Source of the DNA: Podarcis melisellensis
Lineage: Eukaryota
DNA length: 64,000 nucleotides
Reading direction: 5' to 3' (one strand)
NCBI GenBank assembly: GCA_964234715.1
Contig: OZ174276.1
The translations under genes were made by a program, and so were the position numbers. Below are positions 48,725 through 61,570 of this stretch, piece by piece. How positions within the stretch are numbered: the first letter of the stretch is position 1; the number at the start of each line of letters is the position of its first letter. The notes under the pieces are model-generated. The model made no database searches and had not been told where the DNA came from. It saw nothing but the letters and a program-made list of their open reading frames with translations.

Positions 48725-50789
48725 CTGTGGAGAAGGAAGAAGAGATGGCAGAATGATTAAAGCAGAAGATACAAGTTCTCTCTCTGCACACTTGAAGAGA
48801 TGCACATATGCTACTCCTGATACTTTCCAGTCTGATCATCAGGGTTTAGACAACTCCATTCCCTTGGATTCAGAAATCTCTCTACAACAGCAGGCACAAC
48901 ATTGGGCACTGCATAGTAATAAGGTGTACTGGGTTACAGAAAAGGGCCTTGAGAGTAGTTCCTTCCTTTATGCCTTGGAATTATCTGCCTTTCAGACCCA
49001 CAATAGCAGAGGACGGTCTTCCAAGAACATATATTTTACATTACTAGATGGATGCATGATAACGCTCTGTGTGGCCTTAGATTTCATGGCATGGAGGATA
49101 CCCATCAGCAGTGCTGCTCAGAAAAGAAATATGACAGGCCTCTCTGTGAACCATGAGAATGACAGCAGGCCTGAGCCTTCAGCAATAACAGACTGAAAAT
49201 GTGGCTCGGGTTACATCAGTTCACATCTCAGGCTGTGGACACTTTCAATGAAAAAACTCTTAGAAGGCAAAACAGCTCTTAATTCCATGGATGGATGGGG
49301 TCTCTTTCTAATAAGACAAATTTCCACATGCATACAGTGAAACCTTAGCACAAAGGTACATGCAAGGCTGTGCAGAGAGGTATTTGATTTAAAGAAGTTG
49401 GGCAAAATGAGGAAATAGCCAGCAGTGAGTCATCATTCCAGAGAGCAAGCTGATGCTTCAACTAGAATGTGGCAGAATTCTGAAAATGGCACCCAAAGAA
49501 CATTTGGCACGCTGTTTTCCCCTCCAGGGATAAGTACTGCACTGCTTTAAGAAACAATTTATAAAAGCCTTTCAAAGAGTTCATTTCAAAATTAAAACCT
49601 GACATTTTTGGTCAACCTATTTTCAAACACTGCACTGTAGTTCATTGTGTGAACAGATGTGCTCAGAACAAATATGAGTGGTTTGGTCACTTCATCTGCA
49701 TGTAACTTATAGGTGGTTCTGTTGTGCCACAAGCCTCTTTGCATGGCCAGTCATCACATGACAACTCAAACTAGGTTTCCAGATGGATCTGCTACAGTGA
49801 CCCATGCAAGCAAGTCCCAAGTGACATGCACACCTTGCCCTCCCCATCTTTAAGCATCAGTGTCTGCATCTATAAGTTTCATGTTCTCCATTGTTACCCA
49901 ATGGCTAATGGCTGTACGATTTAGCAGCTTCACTCAAGTGGCCATGTAATCTTGCCAGGACACCTGCACATCAACTGTCTGGTCATATGGTGGCCAGGTT
50001 GACCAGGGACAATGGAAATGGAACATGCAAGGCTACCTGTCTGGGCCTTTGGAACCTGATATTGTTGAGGCTGGTTGGTGTTTCGGCTTTGTGTTGCTAT
50101 TTTTCCTTAATGAACTTATGATTTTATTCTGTTTTATTTTATATTTATATTACATTGTAAGCTGTGCTGACAGCCCCTTGTGCTCCAACCTGGAGCAAAC
50201 AGGTGGAGGGATATGAAAACATTGAAATAAATGAATGGATGAATTATTCTGTCTGTACTGAATGGGTCTGATGCATGGATAATGAAAACATGTGAGTATG
50301 AATTGATGCTTGACAGAAAAGGTGATTTACTGATACATCATGCTTTAAAAGGGGCCATTAAGGCATTTGAAAAAGAAAGCAAGGGCTGAAGCTCAGAGAA
50401 GGAGATTCTTAGGAATATCATCGGGAAGGGGTACAGATTGGCTTATCCTTCCACTTCCTTGAAATGTATGGTCGTCTTTACTCTGGAGTTGTTTTCCAGG
50501 AAGAAATTAAGGCTTACCAAAGAAGAAAAAGGGCAGTGAACTGGAGACCTTTATCTTGCTGCACACATACAATCTCTGAATAATCACTAATAGAGTAAGA
50601 CAGTAGTGGGGGGGGGCCAGCCTGCAGTTTGTTAGCCCCTAAACTTGCTGGTGACACATTCTTTTAGAACAATATAGTTCACACTGGTAACTGTGACTGT
50701 GCCAAATGACAGCACCCACATCCTCAGCTAAAAACCTTTGCCCCTTGCCATGTACCCAACCTAATGTTTTCCTGCGGAGAAGTGAGTAC

Positions 50790-50978
50790 CTGTGCAAGTC
50801 TCCTGAGTAATAACTCTGATGAGGGGCGACTCCAGTCCAGGAAGATCTCAGGAGCCAGTGTGACCGTCATTTCCAAGACCCTGAGCAGGCTCACTGACAG
50901 GTCAAAGCACGTTGCACACACCTTCAACTGGCGACTGTCTACAAAGTTTCTTTCCAGGCGCTCTGCAGCTTGCTGGAT
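50790..50978 (-). CDS. RNF123: RNF123 exon
   Basis: gcag|[63 protein letters not shown]|gtactc; 189 bp. Confidence 0.95.
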
Positions 50979-51232
50979 CTGCCCAGGCAAAACAGATGCA
51001 GCTTAATGTAAGAACTGGAAGGGGGGGGCAGCTGTTCTCTTCACGCCTGCCCCTAACCCTCCCCCCTTTTCCAGTTCATGCAGAAGTCAGCTCAATCCCA
51101 GCATCCCACAAGAAGTGCGCTGCAAACTGCTACTGGCACCTAGTAAGGAAAGGACTTTTGTTTTTATCCTCCAGGATGACAGGCAGAGGCTTACTCCTTC
51201 AATCAGATTTATTCCGGATCCAAAACTCTCAC

Positions 51233-51372
51233 CTCCTGAATCATGCCAATGAACTCTGAGAAGGCCCAGTTCAGCTGGTTAAGCACACTGTTGAGGAAAC
51301 TAGGTGCCATTTCACGGTCACTCCGCAGCAGGTCCGCCATGTGTCGCTGCAGCAGGGTGGAGGGACAAGGCT
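51233..51372 (-). CDS. RNF123: RNF123 exon
   Basis: ttccag|(K)[46 protein letters not shown]|gtgaga; 140 bp. Confidence 0.95.
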
Positions 51373-52044
51373 CTGGAATGAAACAACAGCGGCTTCTTAA
51401 GAGGCCACACTACTGGAAGGTGCTGGGCAGCTGCTGCCCAAGCCCAGCCTGTTTCACTGCCAGCGTGTGGAAATGGGGAACAGTTTATAAGTTTACAAGT
51501 ATGTGCCCCTTTCACTGCATCCAGCTTCATTTTGTCTCTCAAAAATCACAAGGAATTCTTGGAGCCTCCTCCTAGCAGAGGCCCTCTTTACAATAAGTAG
51601 AGGCGGCAGCTGCCCTCCAAGGCCAGCTCTCACACATGGACTATTCTGAGCCTGTCCCGTCTCCAAGGCCCGGAGCTCTTTGCCATAATGCCGGTCTGAA
51701 TTAGCTGGGATGTGGTCATGCACATTTGCTGTCTCTCTGCAAGTAAGAAGCTGTGCCCTGCAGCTGAGCTCAAGCCAAGCATCCCTCCTGCTCATCCCCA
51801 CAATGCCCTAGGTCAGCTCAGCACTAATCTCTCCTGAAAGCAGCATCACAGTAGCTCCCTAGCAGGGAATCAGCACCCAAGACAGACAGTCCCACTCCTC
51901 TCTGCCAGCATGGCACATGTTCACACTTGTTTGCCCATTTCCGATCAGGACGAGAAATCTAAAGGGGAGGGGGAATTAAACCCAACTCTTCCAGCCTGCC
52001 CATGGAACCCAAAAGCAAGCCTGAAACAGGGACGCATTTTAAAT

Positions 52045-52045
<1 letters not shown>

Positions 52046-52112
<67 letters not shown>

Positions 52113-52116
52113 TGTG
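52046..52116. repeat. Compound (TC)n(TG)n microsatellite
   Basis: Direct reading. Confidence 0.95.
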
Positions 52117-54901
52117 TTAGCTACAGGAACTTTGCTAGCTCTTATTAATAAGTCCTCCTCATCAGAGTCTTAAAGCAGGGCCATTTGTTTCCTCACTTCC
52201 CTTAGACACAGGGAATAAGGTAAAATTTTTCACAATGGAACTATAACCCAGCAGCAGATACTACTGACATCACTAGGACTGCAGCAGTGGAAAAAGAAAT
52301 CTGAGATATACACTGATGGCACCCCATCCCAGGAGCACACCTTACATCACTTTTCCCTCCTTTGGAACATGCTAGAGATCAGATGTAAACCAGGAGGAAG
52401 TTGTCAGGCAGAGCCGGATTATCGAAGCTTCAGTTTTGCACTGAAATGAAATCCCTGCCAAATGAGAGTCCCAAAGTGACACACATGTGAGAGCACTGCT
52501 TGCTTTCAAGAGAATGCAGCTGAAAGGCTCACAACTGTGAGAATAAGCTTTAAGAGCTCTTCTAGCCAACCTCTTAACAGCAGGACCTATAACTCAAGGC
52601 TGGAAAAACTAGCCAGTAGAGGACTAAGCTAGAAGGATGTATGTGCATGTTCTCCTCTCTTAGGAGCCAGCCAGTCCCATCATCACTTTAGTTACTAAAG
52701 GGAGTCCTAGACAGGAAATGAGCATGAGTTGTCCCTTAATAAACTGAGGCTGCAGAGCAGATGACGACTAATCACTGGTGTGCCCCTAAATTGCCCATCA
52801 ACATTAGGCAAGCATAGCAGTAACTCAGGCACAAAAGGCGAGGGATTTAACAGGACAGGCAGAGAGGTGAGCTGACTTTCACATTCAGATATTCCATCCC
52901 AAGTAATGGCCAGAGCACACCTGATATGTCTTCCATTGTCTGTGCTCCAATCGCTCCCTGCAGCATCACAAAGACCTGCGAGAGGGGGGTGGACTCAGCC
53001 CCTCTAGGGCAGTGTCCCAAGGACAGCTGGTAAATAGGCTCCTTTCAATTAACTTGGTATTAATTATTCATTCAAGTACACCTCAAAATAGCAGAAAGCA
53101 GGATCACTAGCCAAAGGATCCTGTGCCCTGTCTTAGACCTTTCGGAGCCACATGGAGGAAATCACTGGCAGACAGTGATGACCTTGCCGACACCTAGAAA
53201 AGTGAACCCAATTGCATAGGTGTCCCAAAGTCATTCAATGACCGCACCCCCAGGGATGGAGTTTCATGACAGCCTCAGCAAAAACAGCCAGCTTATTAGC
53301 CTGCAAAACTGGGCCAGAACTGGAGCTAGCAGTTTCAGGGAAGCTGTATCTGCTCAACCTTTCTGTTCCCTGTTGTGTCTATCTTTTCAGAAGGAGAGGT
53401 GTAAAAAAAAAAAAAGGTGGAATGGAGAAGAATAAAGAGGAAAAGGACAATTGACACCACAGCCACAAGGGGAAACTGCTATGGAGAGCACATTAACAGC
53501 ACCTACACATATTTGCTGCGGACTCGTAATATTCCCTCCACACTAAAGGGAGAGGCATACTTAACCACCCACCTTGAGGCACATTTGACAGGTCACCATG
53601 ACAAACATTTGGATGGCTCTTAGGACCATCACTTGGTGCAGCCAGACTCATCCCGCTTTATCTTTCTACCCCATCGTTTCCAAAGGACCGGCTTGTGCAC
53701 CAAGGGTGGGAGGGGAAAAGGCTCTACTAGAGGACTATAAAACTATGTCACCACCATACAAAGGGAAGACAACAGGAAACTTACTCTGGAAACTAGCAAC
53801 AGAGAGATCTCCTGGGCCCCCAAAAAAGCAGAAAAGAAAAAAACAAAACAAAACAAAGAGAGAAATATTATAGATGCAAGTTTTCTTAGAAGGGTCAAGC
53901 AGGTGTTACTACTGCCACCTTCTGCTGGGCTGTGAGGTTAGTCATTCTGTCCCGGCATTATATGCTCTCTCAGAGAAAGAGTGCAGGACCAACTCATAAC
54001 TTGCCATCCACTCAGCAACACAGATGCCATCATTCTCTTCACTAGATCAATAACTACAGAGGAGAAGCCAAAGCTCCCCCTACAGCTTGTAACTGGAGTC
54101 TCTCAGAGATCCTTGCCATGCTGGAAACAAAGCCATTCTGAGTACTGTGGTAACACTGGAAGACCAGCCTGATTACTAAACTATGACTGCCATAAGTGAG
54201 TGGCAGATGCCTCAGAACAAAGTAGGACTAACATTCACAGAAGAGGACCAGCCCAGAGCTGCAAGAGAAGCAGTGCCTGCTGGATCCAATGTACCACCAA
54301 TGCCGATCAACATGATTTCCTTAGAAAAATCAATTTTTCTCCTTAAAACTATAACCTGGTGTGCCTTTGGGGATGCTTTCACACTTTGTCAACTCATGTC
54401 TGCTCTGGCCATATGCTGCTAAAATGTTTTGTCTCCTATAAATATACACCAGAGCTTTTTTGGTCATCACCTAGTGAACCAGTGAAAACAACCAGGGTGA
54501 TCACAATTATATGGAGGTGTTTTTTTGTTTTGTTTTTTAAGGTTTTGCACTCAAAAATAAAAGAGTGCTGGATCAGGAAGTTAATAAGAAACTTTTCACC
54601 CTGAGTTTGCCACACACATTTAAGTTAGGGACAGAGACAACTTATTTATATTACATGGCATCAGAGGCCCTCTAGCTCCCAGACATGCTGGGTCCCAGCA
54701 GTTACACAGACAGGATCCACTGGTGCCGATTATTGTGCCAACAGACAGCGGCAGTGTGGGGGCACCACACAACAGGATCCTGCCCTTCTGGTGCCAGAGT
54801 CAACAGCTAACCAGATTAGGATAATCTCAGTTACAGGACTGCATTTACCCACAAGCCGTAATGGCAAAGCAACACATCTCCACTCCCTATCCCCCACTCA
54901 C

Positions 54902-54986
54902 TCTGCAAGCTGGGGAGATTGGCATCTTCTGGCTTGGTTTTCAGGAGATGAGGAAGCCGTGTGTACCTGTATCCAAATCCACAGCC
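54902..54986 (-). CDS. RNF123: RNF123 exon
   Basis: ctgtag|[29 protein letters not shown]|gtgagt; 85 bp. Confidence 0.95.
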
Positions 54987-55197
54987 CTACAGGAGAGGGG
55001 GGGAAGGGAGAAATGTCTGCTTAGAAGACCTCGCGTTATCTCCCAACAAGGAACATGGAGACCCTCTCGCCAGAAGCAGGTAACAAAGTTCAAACTAGAA
55101 GTTAAGGGAAAGTTCAAACAGAGGGGAAACCACTGGTTTTAAAACTACAAGCTGGGAATCCTGAACAAATGTGGAAGCAGAGGGTATCTGTTCTTAC

Positions 55198-55285
55198 TCG
55201 CCACAGTCGTACAAGGATCCAGTTGGTCTGGGCCCAGGGTCTTTGCTCGTAGGGGGCCAGCAGGTTCTTCATCATGGATATTCGC
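55198..55285 (-). CDS. RNF123: RNF123 exon
   Basis: ggcag|[30 protein letters not shown]|gtaaga; 88 bp. Confidence 0.95.
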
Positions 55286-55556
55286 CTGCCAGAGTAAAAC
55301 AAACAAGTCAGCCAACCACCATGAAAACAGCACCAAGGTTAAAAAGTGGGGGTTTGGGAAGGATTCAAGGCAAGACGTTTAGTTTACTTGAGAGGGGAGA
55401 ATCAGAAGTGCAATGTGAGGAAACAAGGGGAGCAGCAGCTTCCACACAAAAGGGATTATAAGTATAGGAATCGTGCCTGGTTCAGAGAAGAAGAGAGAAA
55501 TAATCCTCTTCCAGGACATATAATATTTTTCAGGAATGGTGAAACCAAGAACTTAC

Positions 55557-55644
55557 TGTAGTTCTGGAATCCTCTCTACAGCACGGAGTGAGTGTGGGTA
55601 GCAAACATAGCTGGCCAATGCCTGCATTAGGGAGTCTCTGATGT
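55557..55644 (-). CDS. RNF123: RNF123 exon
   Basis: attcag|(D)[30 protein letters not shown]|gtaagt; 88 bp. Confidence 0.95.
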
Positions 55645-55742
55645 CTGAATGTGGAAACAAGACAGAATGTCAGTGGAGTAGGGATAATAGGGACATAGAT
55701 TGCCAGAAAAATACTTCAGATATTGTGGTGCAATTGCATACT

Positions 55743-55857
55743 TAGGGTTGCCATACGTCTGGGATTTCCTGGACATATTCAAAATACTGCAGTGGGCAGT
55801 AGTGTCTGGGCAGAAATCGGAAAAATGTGCAGTAAAATTTGGACGTATGGCAACCCA
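55743..55857. mobile_element. hAT-type MITE
   Basis: TIRs TAGGGTTGCCATACGTC / GACGTATGGCAACCCA. Confidence 0.75.
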
Positions 55858-56237
55858 TGTCAGTAGTGCCATTGTAGCTGATTTTTCATAAATATAGCAC
55901 AAAAACAGAAACTTTTCTGTCCAGATCAGATTTTCACTGTGTGAAATATTGCAAGCATAGTTTACTACAGTTACAGGACTAGTAAGCAGGACAGGATATA
56001 AAGACAAATGTCAAACCCAAAAATAATAATTGAATTCTGCAATGATCTGAGGTGTTAAAAACATAAGAAACAGACACCCTTACTATTCAAGAAGTATCAA
56101 GTAGAAATAAAATTTAAAAAAACAGCAAGCATGAGCTTAATCCCCCCCCCCTCCAATCACATATGCATGTGCGCACGCATGCACACACATAACACCTACA
56201 GCCCAGCATGACCTTTGGAAAACAGGAGCTGCCTTAC

Positions 56238-56312
56238 CAGTTCCCACAATCCTTGAGTCAGCAAAGTGCTTGGCTAAAATGGCAGCGAGGTGAGTCAAAG
56301 TCTCTTCGTAGC
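56238..56312 (-). CDS. RNF123: RNF123 exon
   Basis: tttcag|(G)[25 protein letters not shown]|gtaagg; 75 bp. Confidence 0.95.
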
Positions 56313-57924
56313 CTGAAAAGAAAAAGTTCAGAATATCAGGATGCAGGAAAAACCCCCCACAGCTATAGGATATAGCAGCTGCAGCAGAATGAATTTCTAG
56401 AATGAGCTTTCAGATTTACAGAGAGAAAACACGGTCCAAGTATGGCTACCACTTGTCTGAGTCTCTAGCAGGCAAGTCAGGAATCAAGCTTAAAGTTGAA
56501 GAGAATGATGGCAGGAAGTCTGCACAGCAGCATTTGGTGTTGCCAACTTTACCTTACCACTTAACCAGAAGCATCAGAAGTAAGTGGGAATGTCCATAGA
56601 AGTTCTTTTACACACCTGGTTAGAAAGCAGCCATGCAGGCTGTGGACTAGGCTCATCTCTTTGACTAGTATAGGCTTTCTGAGACATGCAGATAATCAAT
56701 ACAGGAGTAGCAGTTGTTGAATCTGATAAAATTAGCCTGGACACTTCCCTACAGTTAAGCAAATTCTTAGCAATAATATACAGTAGTCCCTTTGTATAGG
56801 ACTAATACCCGCATAACACAGCTAAAATAGGAATACTGAACTGTGTTATGGAGCAGGAGTTTGGAATAACTATGAAATAAGAAAATAGATCTTCCAAACC
56901 AGTTTTCATAATTACATCTCCAGGGCCAGACTGCACAACACCTGCTCTGACACAAGTACTTCAAAAAGGAGGAAATGTATTTTGCATATATTTCCAAAAC
57001 AACGTAACTGCAGGCTGAGGGAAGAAAACACAACACAATCCAAAATCAGGGACAGAAAACAAGCATAACCACTGGAATTTGAGGAGGCAAAAAACGATGT
57101 AAGCAAGAAGGCTTGATTTGTATGCTTTGCTTGAGCAGTTCTTGATAGTCAATATGATGCAGTTATTTAACCTAATTACGCCATGAAGTTGCATAGTAAG
57201 AATGGCTATTTTCTACATGTTTTGCTACTCTTGTCCTGCAAAATTGCTAAATGACTTTTATTGAAATTCTAAAAACTGTACACAAAGGTCATTTGTGACC
57301 GCAACTCTTCAAAAAGGGGATCAGTATAATTACCAGGAGCTGCAGTGTTTCAGGGTAACATCACTCAGATAATGTATAAATACTAAAAAGTTATTAGGCA
57401 TAAGGGTAGGCAGTCAGGCTTAATAGCATTTAATCAACTTCAGGATGCAGGGGCAAACAATGCTTGTTATAGCTTGCACTAGGCATTATCAAGATGAGAA
57501 ACCCGGGGACCCAGACTGAAGTTTTGTGTGTGTGGCGGGCAGGACAATTGTGTGAGCAAGTTAAACAGCACCTAATGTGATTAGAAAGTTGAGTACCACT
57601 CAAGCGTATCACCAACTTTTACTCAACAGTAGACCTACTGAATTAATGAGCATGACTAAGTTAGGTCTATAATTTCAATAAGTCTACTCTGAGTAAAGCT
57701 TGGTTGAATACTACCCCACAACACAGCCAGCATATTTTCAAAACACATTTTTACAACCACTAGGGCACGTTAAGCTAAGGTTCTTTGCAACCCAAATTCT
57801 GTGCAGCATGCAATATTCTGTGTGGAGTTCTTATCCCGTTTTTCTTGCACATTGAATTCTATACACAAAATTACAGATGGTCCTGCTCAGAGGCCCTCTC
57901 CGGTTCCCTCCTTCTCCTCCTCAC

Positions 57925-58102
57925 CTGGAAGCTCTTCCATGCTGTTGACAGGACTGAAGTAGTTCTTGAGAGCACTGTAGCTATTCATAGCCACACTCAG
58001 ATAAAATTCTGGCATAAAAGCAAAGAGCGAACCAATCCTGTCTCCATGCTCAATAGTGCGGATGCATACCCGTAGCAGCCAGTATATATCTTGCATCTTC
58101 TC
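57925..58102 (-). CDS. RNF123: RNF123 exon
   Basis: tttcag|[60 protein letters not shown]|gtgagg; 178 bp. Confidence 0.95.
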
Positions 58103-58165
58103 CTGAAAAGGAGCAATTCCTAGTCAGTTTGTATCTCAATTGGCATGAAATAATATATCTAAGTG

Positions 58166-58306
58166 CAGGGGCAGGGAAGCTGTGGTCCAGCAGATGTTGT
58201 TGGACTCCAATGCCCATCAGCCTCAGGCAGCATGGCTAACCATCAGGGATGAGGCAAGTTGTAGGTCAGCAACATTCTTGGGGGGCCACAGGTTCCCCAC
58301 GCCCAG
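58166..58306. mobile_element. Palindromic hAT-type MITE
   Basis: CAGGGGCAGGGAAGCTGTGG ... CCACAGGTTCCCCACGCCCAG; core shared with the 45769 copy. Confidence 0.65.
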
Positions 58307-58580
58307 ATCGGAGTAAATACTACTGAGGAAATAAAAGAAAAGGAGGTCAACAATTTTGTGCAAAAGCAGGAAAAATGAATATGAATTTACTGCTAAAACG
58401 CAAGGTTTTTCTTTAATAAAAATGAACTTTAGCAGGATATATTAACAGAAGTACAACATACAAGACTTTGGAAGAAATGGTACAGCTCCATTCAGCATTC
58501 GCCAGGCCACAATTGGAATTTATGGCCCAAGCTTAAGTGAGGCACCTCACTGATATTATGTGTACTACTTTCCTTCTCAC

Positions 58581-58688
58581 CTTTGAATAAATGGTAACGT
58601 TGATCCAAGCAAGTCGGCGACTCAGGTGATTAAGTTTCTCTGAGAAAACCTTCTGACTTTTCACCAGTTCATCATGGATGTCTCTTCT
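58581..58688 (-). CDS. RNF123: RNF123 exon
   Basis: attcag|[36 protein letters not shown]|gtgaga; 108 bp. Confidence 0.95.
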
Positions 58689-59378
58689 CTGAATTGGACA
58701 CAGAGGGGGGAGGGATGAAGAGCAATGGTGCATATGTTTTCCTGCTTTCAGAAGCATGTACACAGCAAGTCCAGTACTTCACAAAAGCCTTACCACAATC
58801 ATAGGATGTTCTTTTAATGTTGAGGAAAAGCATGAGCTGCCATGGTCTTTGGCTAGCTACAGTACACACAACTTTTACACCTAACAATATCCAAGGAATC
58901 TTAACAGGAGTCTTGACACCAATTCCACATTAGGCACACCACCACGGAAGTTGAGAATCTATTCCAGTGGTACCTTGGGAAACCAACTTCATTTAATAAC
59001 TGCTCACACATGAACAGTGTAACACAGGACACAAGAACTGATGCAAATTCATGACTCCCCTTCCACAAAGATAAAAACCATGTTTTGATGGAAAGGGAGC
59101 CATGATCTTGCAGGAGTGTGTGGCTCCGAAGTTTACTTTAACACTCAAGGCGTTGTTGTTGTTTTAATCATTAATCATTAACCAGAAAAAACAACCATCC
59201 TATTTTAGCTAAATGGAGAATTAGCCACCATTACTTCTCAGTCTGCCTGCAGAAAATCAGTGAGAGCAACAGAGTGCTGCTCAGCACCTGAATGATTCTC
59301 AAGAAAGAGAACAGCTTGCAGGCAATATAGGCCTATTTTAAGGGAAAGTGAATATAACTATCCCCGTGTTATTCTTAC

Positions 59379-59462
59379 CCTCTTTGGGCATCGGCTAATC
59401 TTTTCTTCAGTGTCTTTCAGTGCCATAGCATACTCATTCACATCATCGGAAACACCTACCAT
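59379..59462 (-). CDS. RNF123: RNF123 exon
   Basis: ttttag|[28 protein letters not shown]|gtaaga; 84 bp. Confidence 0.95.
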
Positions 59463-60188
59463 CTAAAACACAAATAAGGGTCAGTAGTACCAGCTAGAGC
59501 TTTTCTGTACAGGTTATAGCACATACTGGATTATTTTCCAAACACTTAACTTGTGGCAGCATCAATACATTGCAGGGCCCAACCCCACAATGAGGCCCTC
59601 CCACAAGTCGCTTTCCTGGAGACAGATTTTCAGCTGGCAGCCTATAGCAGAACTACGTAAGATGGCAGCAGACAGACCCACACTTCTGATAGTGGGAGAC
59701 TGCCAAACGGCAATAAAGCAGCAGGAGGCAGGGCAATTTCCAACAGAAAATTGGCAACTCTTGTTCTGTCGCTATCCCTGCTGAAGCTCTTCTCCCTCAA
59801 GCCTATTCCCTTGCAGCTAGCCTCACTGCCGATCACAGATCCCTGCTTTGGGATGGAGGAAAGAAGTGGCTGCAAGCAGGATACCAGTGCGGGGAATGGG
59901 GATCAGCATCCCTTCTCACACCTGTTACTCTCAGAAGGAAATACATGCACATCTATTGTGTTACTGCTGAGTGGTGGCCAACCATGTTCAGAAAGTGCTG
60001 GTCTGTCACCAAAGGGTGTAGTTCCACCCAAAAGCAGAGTGCAAGCATTGTGAGTTGGTATGGTGGCTGCAATCAAAAGCGCCCCACCCTCTCCCAGTGG
60101 GCCATGGTGTCTTTGTTAGTGCGAGTTCCAATCCCAGTTGTTCGAATGGGACAGGACTGAAAACTCCCCTGAAATGAATCCTGCTCAC

Positions 60189-60334
60189 CTTACCAAGCTG
60201 CTGGTGCACGCTGAGGTTGTACATCATGACTATTCCATCCAAGATTTCCAAAAGAGAATTCTCAGTGATTGGTTGTTCTGGCTCTTCGGCAGGTCTCCCC
60301 AATAAAAGACCCTCATTTCCATGGCTGCCTTCAA
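60189..60334 (-). CDS. RNF123: RNF123 exon
   Basis: tggcag|(I)[48 protein letters not shown]|gtgagc; 146 bp. Confidence 0.94.
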
Positions 60335-61339
60335 CTGCCATAAAAACAATGAAACATGCATCAGTGTGAAGAAAATGGAACTAAGGCTGGTCTGGTATTC
60401 TCTCTTTTTTAACCATAAAGTTTTGTTAGCCTTTCTGTTCTGAAGGAAAACTTGAACAAACAGCTACCTCAAGTCACCAGACACCTTAGTTTAGCTGGTT
60501 CTGTTTCGAGGCATATGGACTCTGCCTTTGAACCTACATTTATCCTTCAGAGCCTCATCATCCTGCAGTTTTGTTTACTAAAATAATTAAATATAACCTA
60601 TTTAACACTGTTTACTCCCAGATCATTTGCACTGGCTACACAGTTCTGTTGCTTAGAAAGCACATAGCTTGAATTACAATCGTAGTCCTTTACAACAAAT
60701 CCAGGCTATGGGCTAGCATGCAGGTAGAAATCCTTCCCCTCAGTTAGAAGGCATAACTTCAGGCTGAAATTATCTACCTACCTATAATTATTAGAGGATC
60801 ACAGAGTGATTTACAGCATAAAAATACAAAAATGTCTAATAACAAAGAAAACAATAACCACTATGACCCCACATTTGTTATCATTTTGTAAACACCTGAT
60901 CATGTTGAAAGTCCAGTTGCTATAATGATCCAAGCACTGTAAATGATTCAAGAGAGCTCTTATCTACGGCACCAATTATGAATTTAGGATGGCTGAGATC
61001 TGGACAATTGTTTAAACAGAAAATGTTAACAAAATTTACCCAAACCCTACACAACCTGAAAATGAAGGACAATTTAGGAAAGTGTTACATCTGTTTACTG
61101 AATACATTAAAATTAAGGAACATGATTGGCAGCCACTCTCTTCTCATGGATTTATTTGGAAAAACATTATTGCATAATATGTTTATAAAGAGCAACTGTC
61201 TGGAATTATAATGCTATTTCTGGAATACTACCGCTCCCTCCTCTCACCTTGTATCCTTCTCCCCCCTCCCTTTCTTGCTTTGATCTCTTCTCTCTTTTCT
61301 TGTTATTATTATTATTGCTTTTTGTGTATTAGAAAGGAT

Positions 61340-61365
<26 letters not shown>
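61340..61365. repeat. (TA)n microsatellite
   Basis: Direct reading; lies just inside the intron after an RNF123 donor. Confidence 0.9.
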
Positions 61366-61370
<5 letters not shown>

Positions 61371-61377
61371 TACTCAC

Positions 61378-61570
61378 TGTCCTCCTCTGTCCGTTGTTCC
61401 ATGTTCAACGTACGAACTTTAACTTTCTCCAAGGCACCTGGTGACCGCCTTGGAGTCATAAGGCTAACAGCTGCAGTGCTGAGAAAACGGTTAGCCCGCC
61501 CCAGGGTGGGTGAACTAAGCCAGCTTGGTCTGGCCAAGGCACCTCCAATTGCCAGTGCCGCAGCTGGACG
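61378..61570 (-). CDS. RNF123: RNF123 exon (most 5' exon found in the window)
   Basis: tctcag|[65 protein letters not shown]|gtgagt; 193 bp. Confidence 0.94.
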
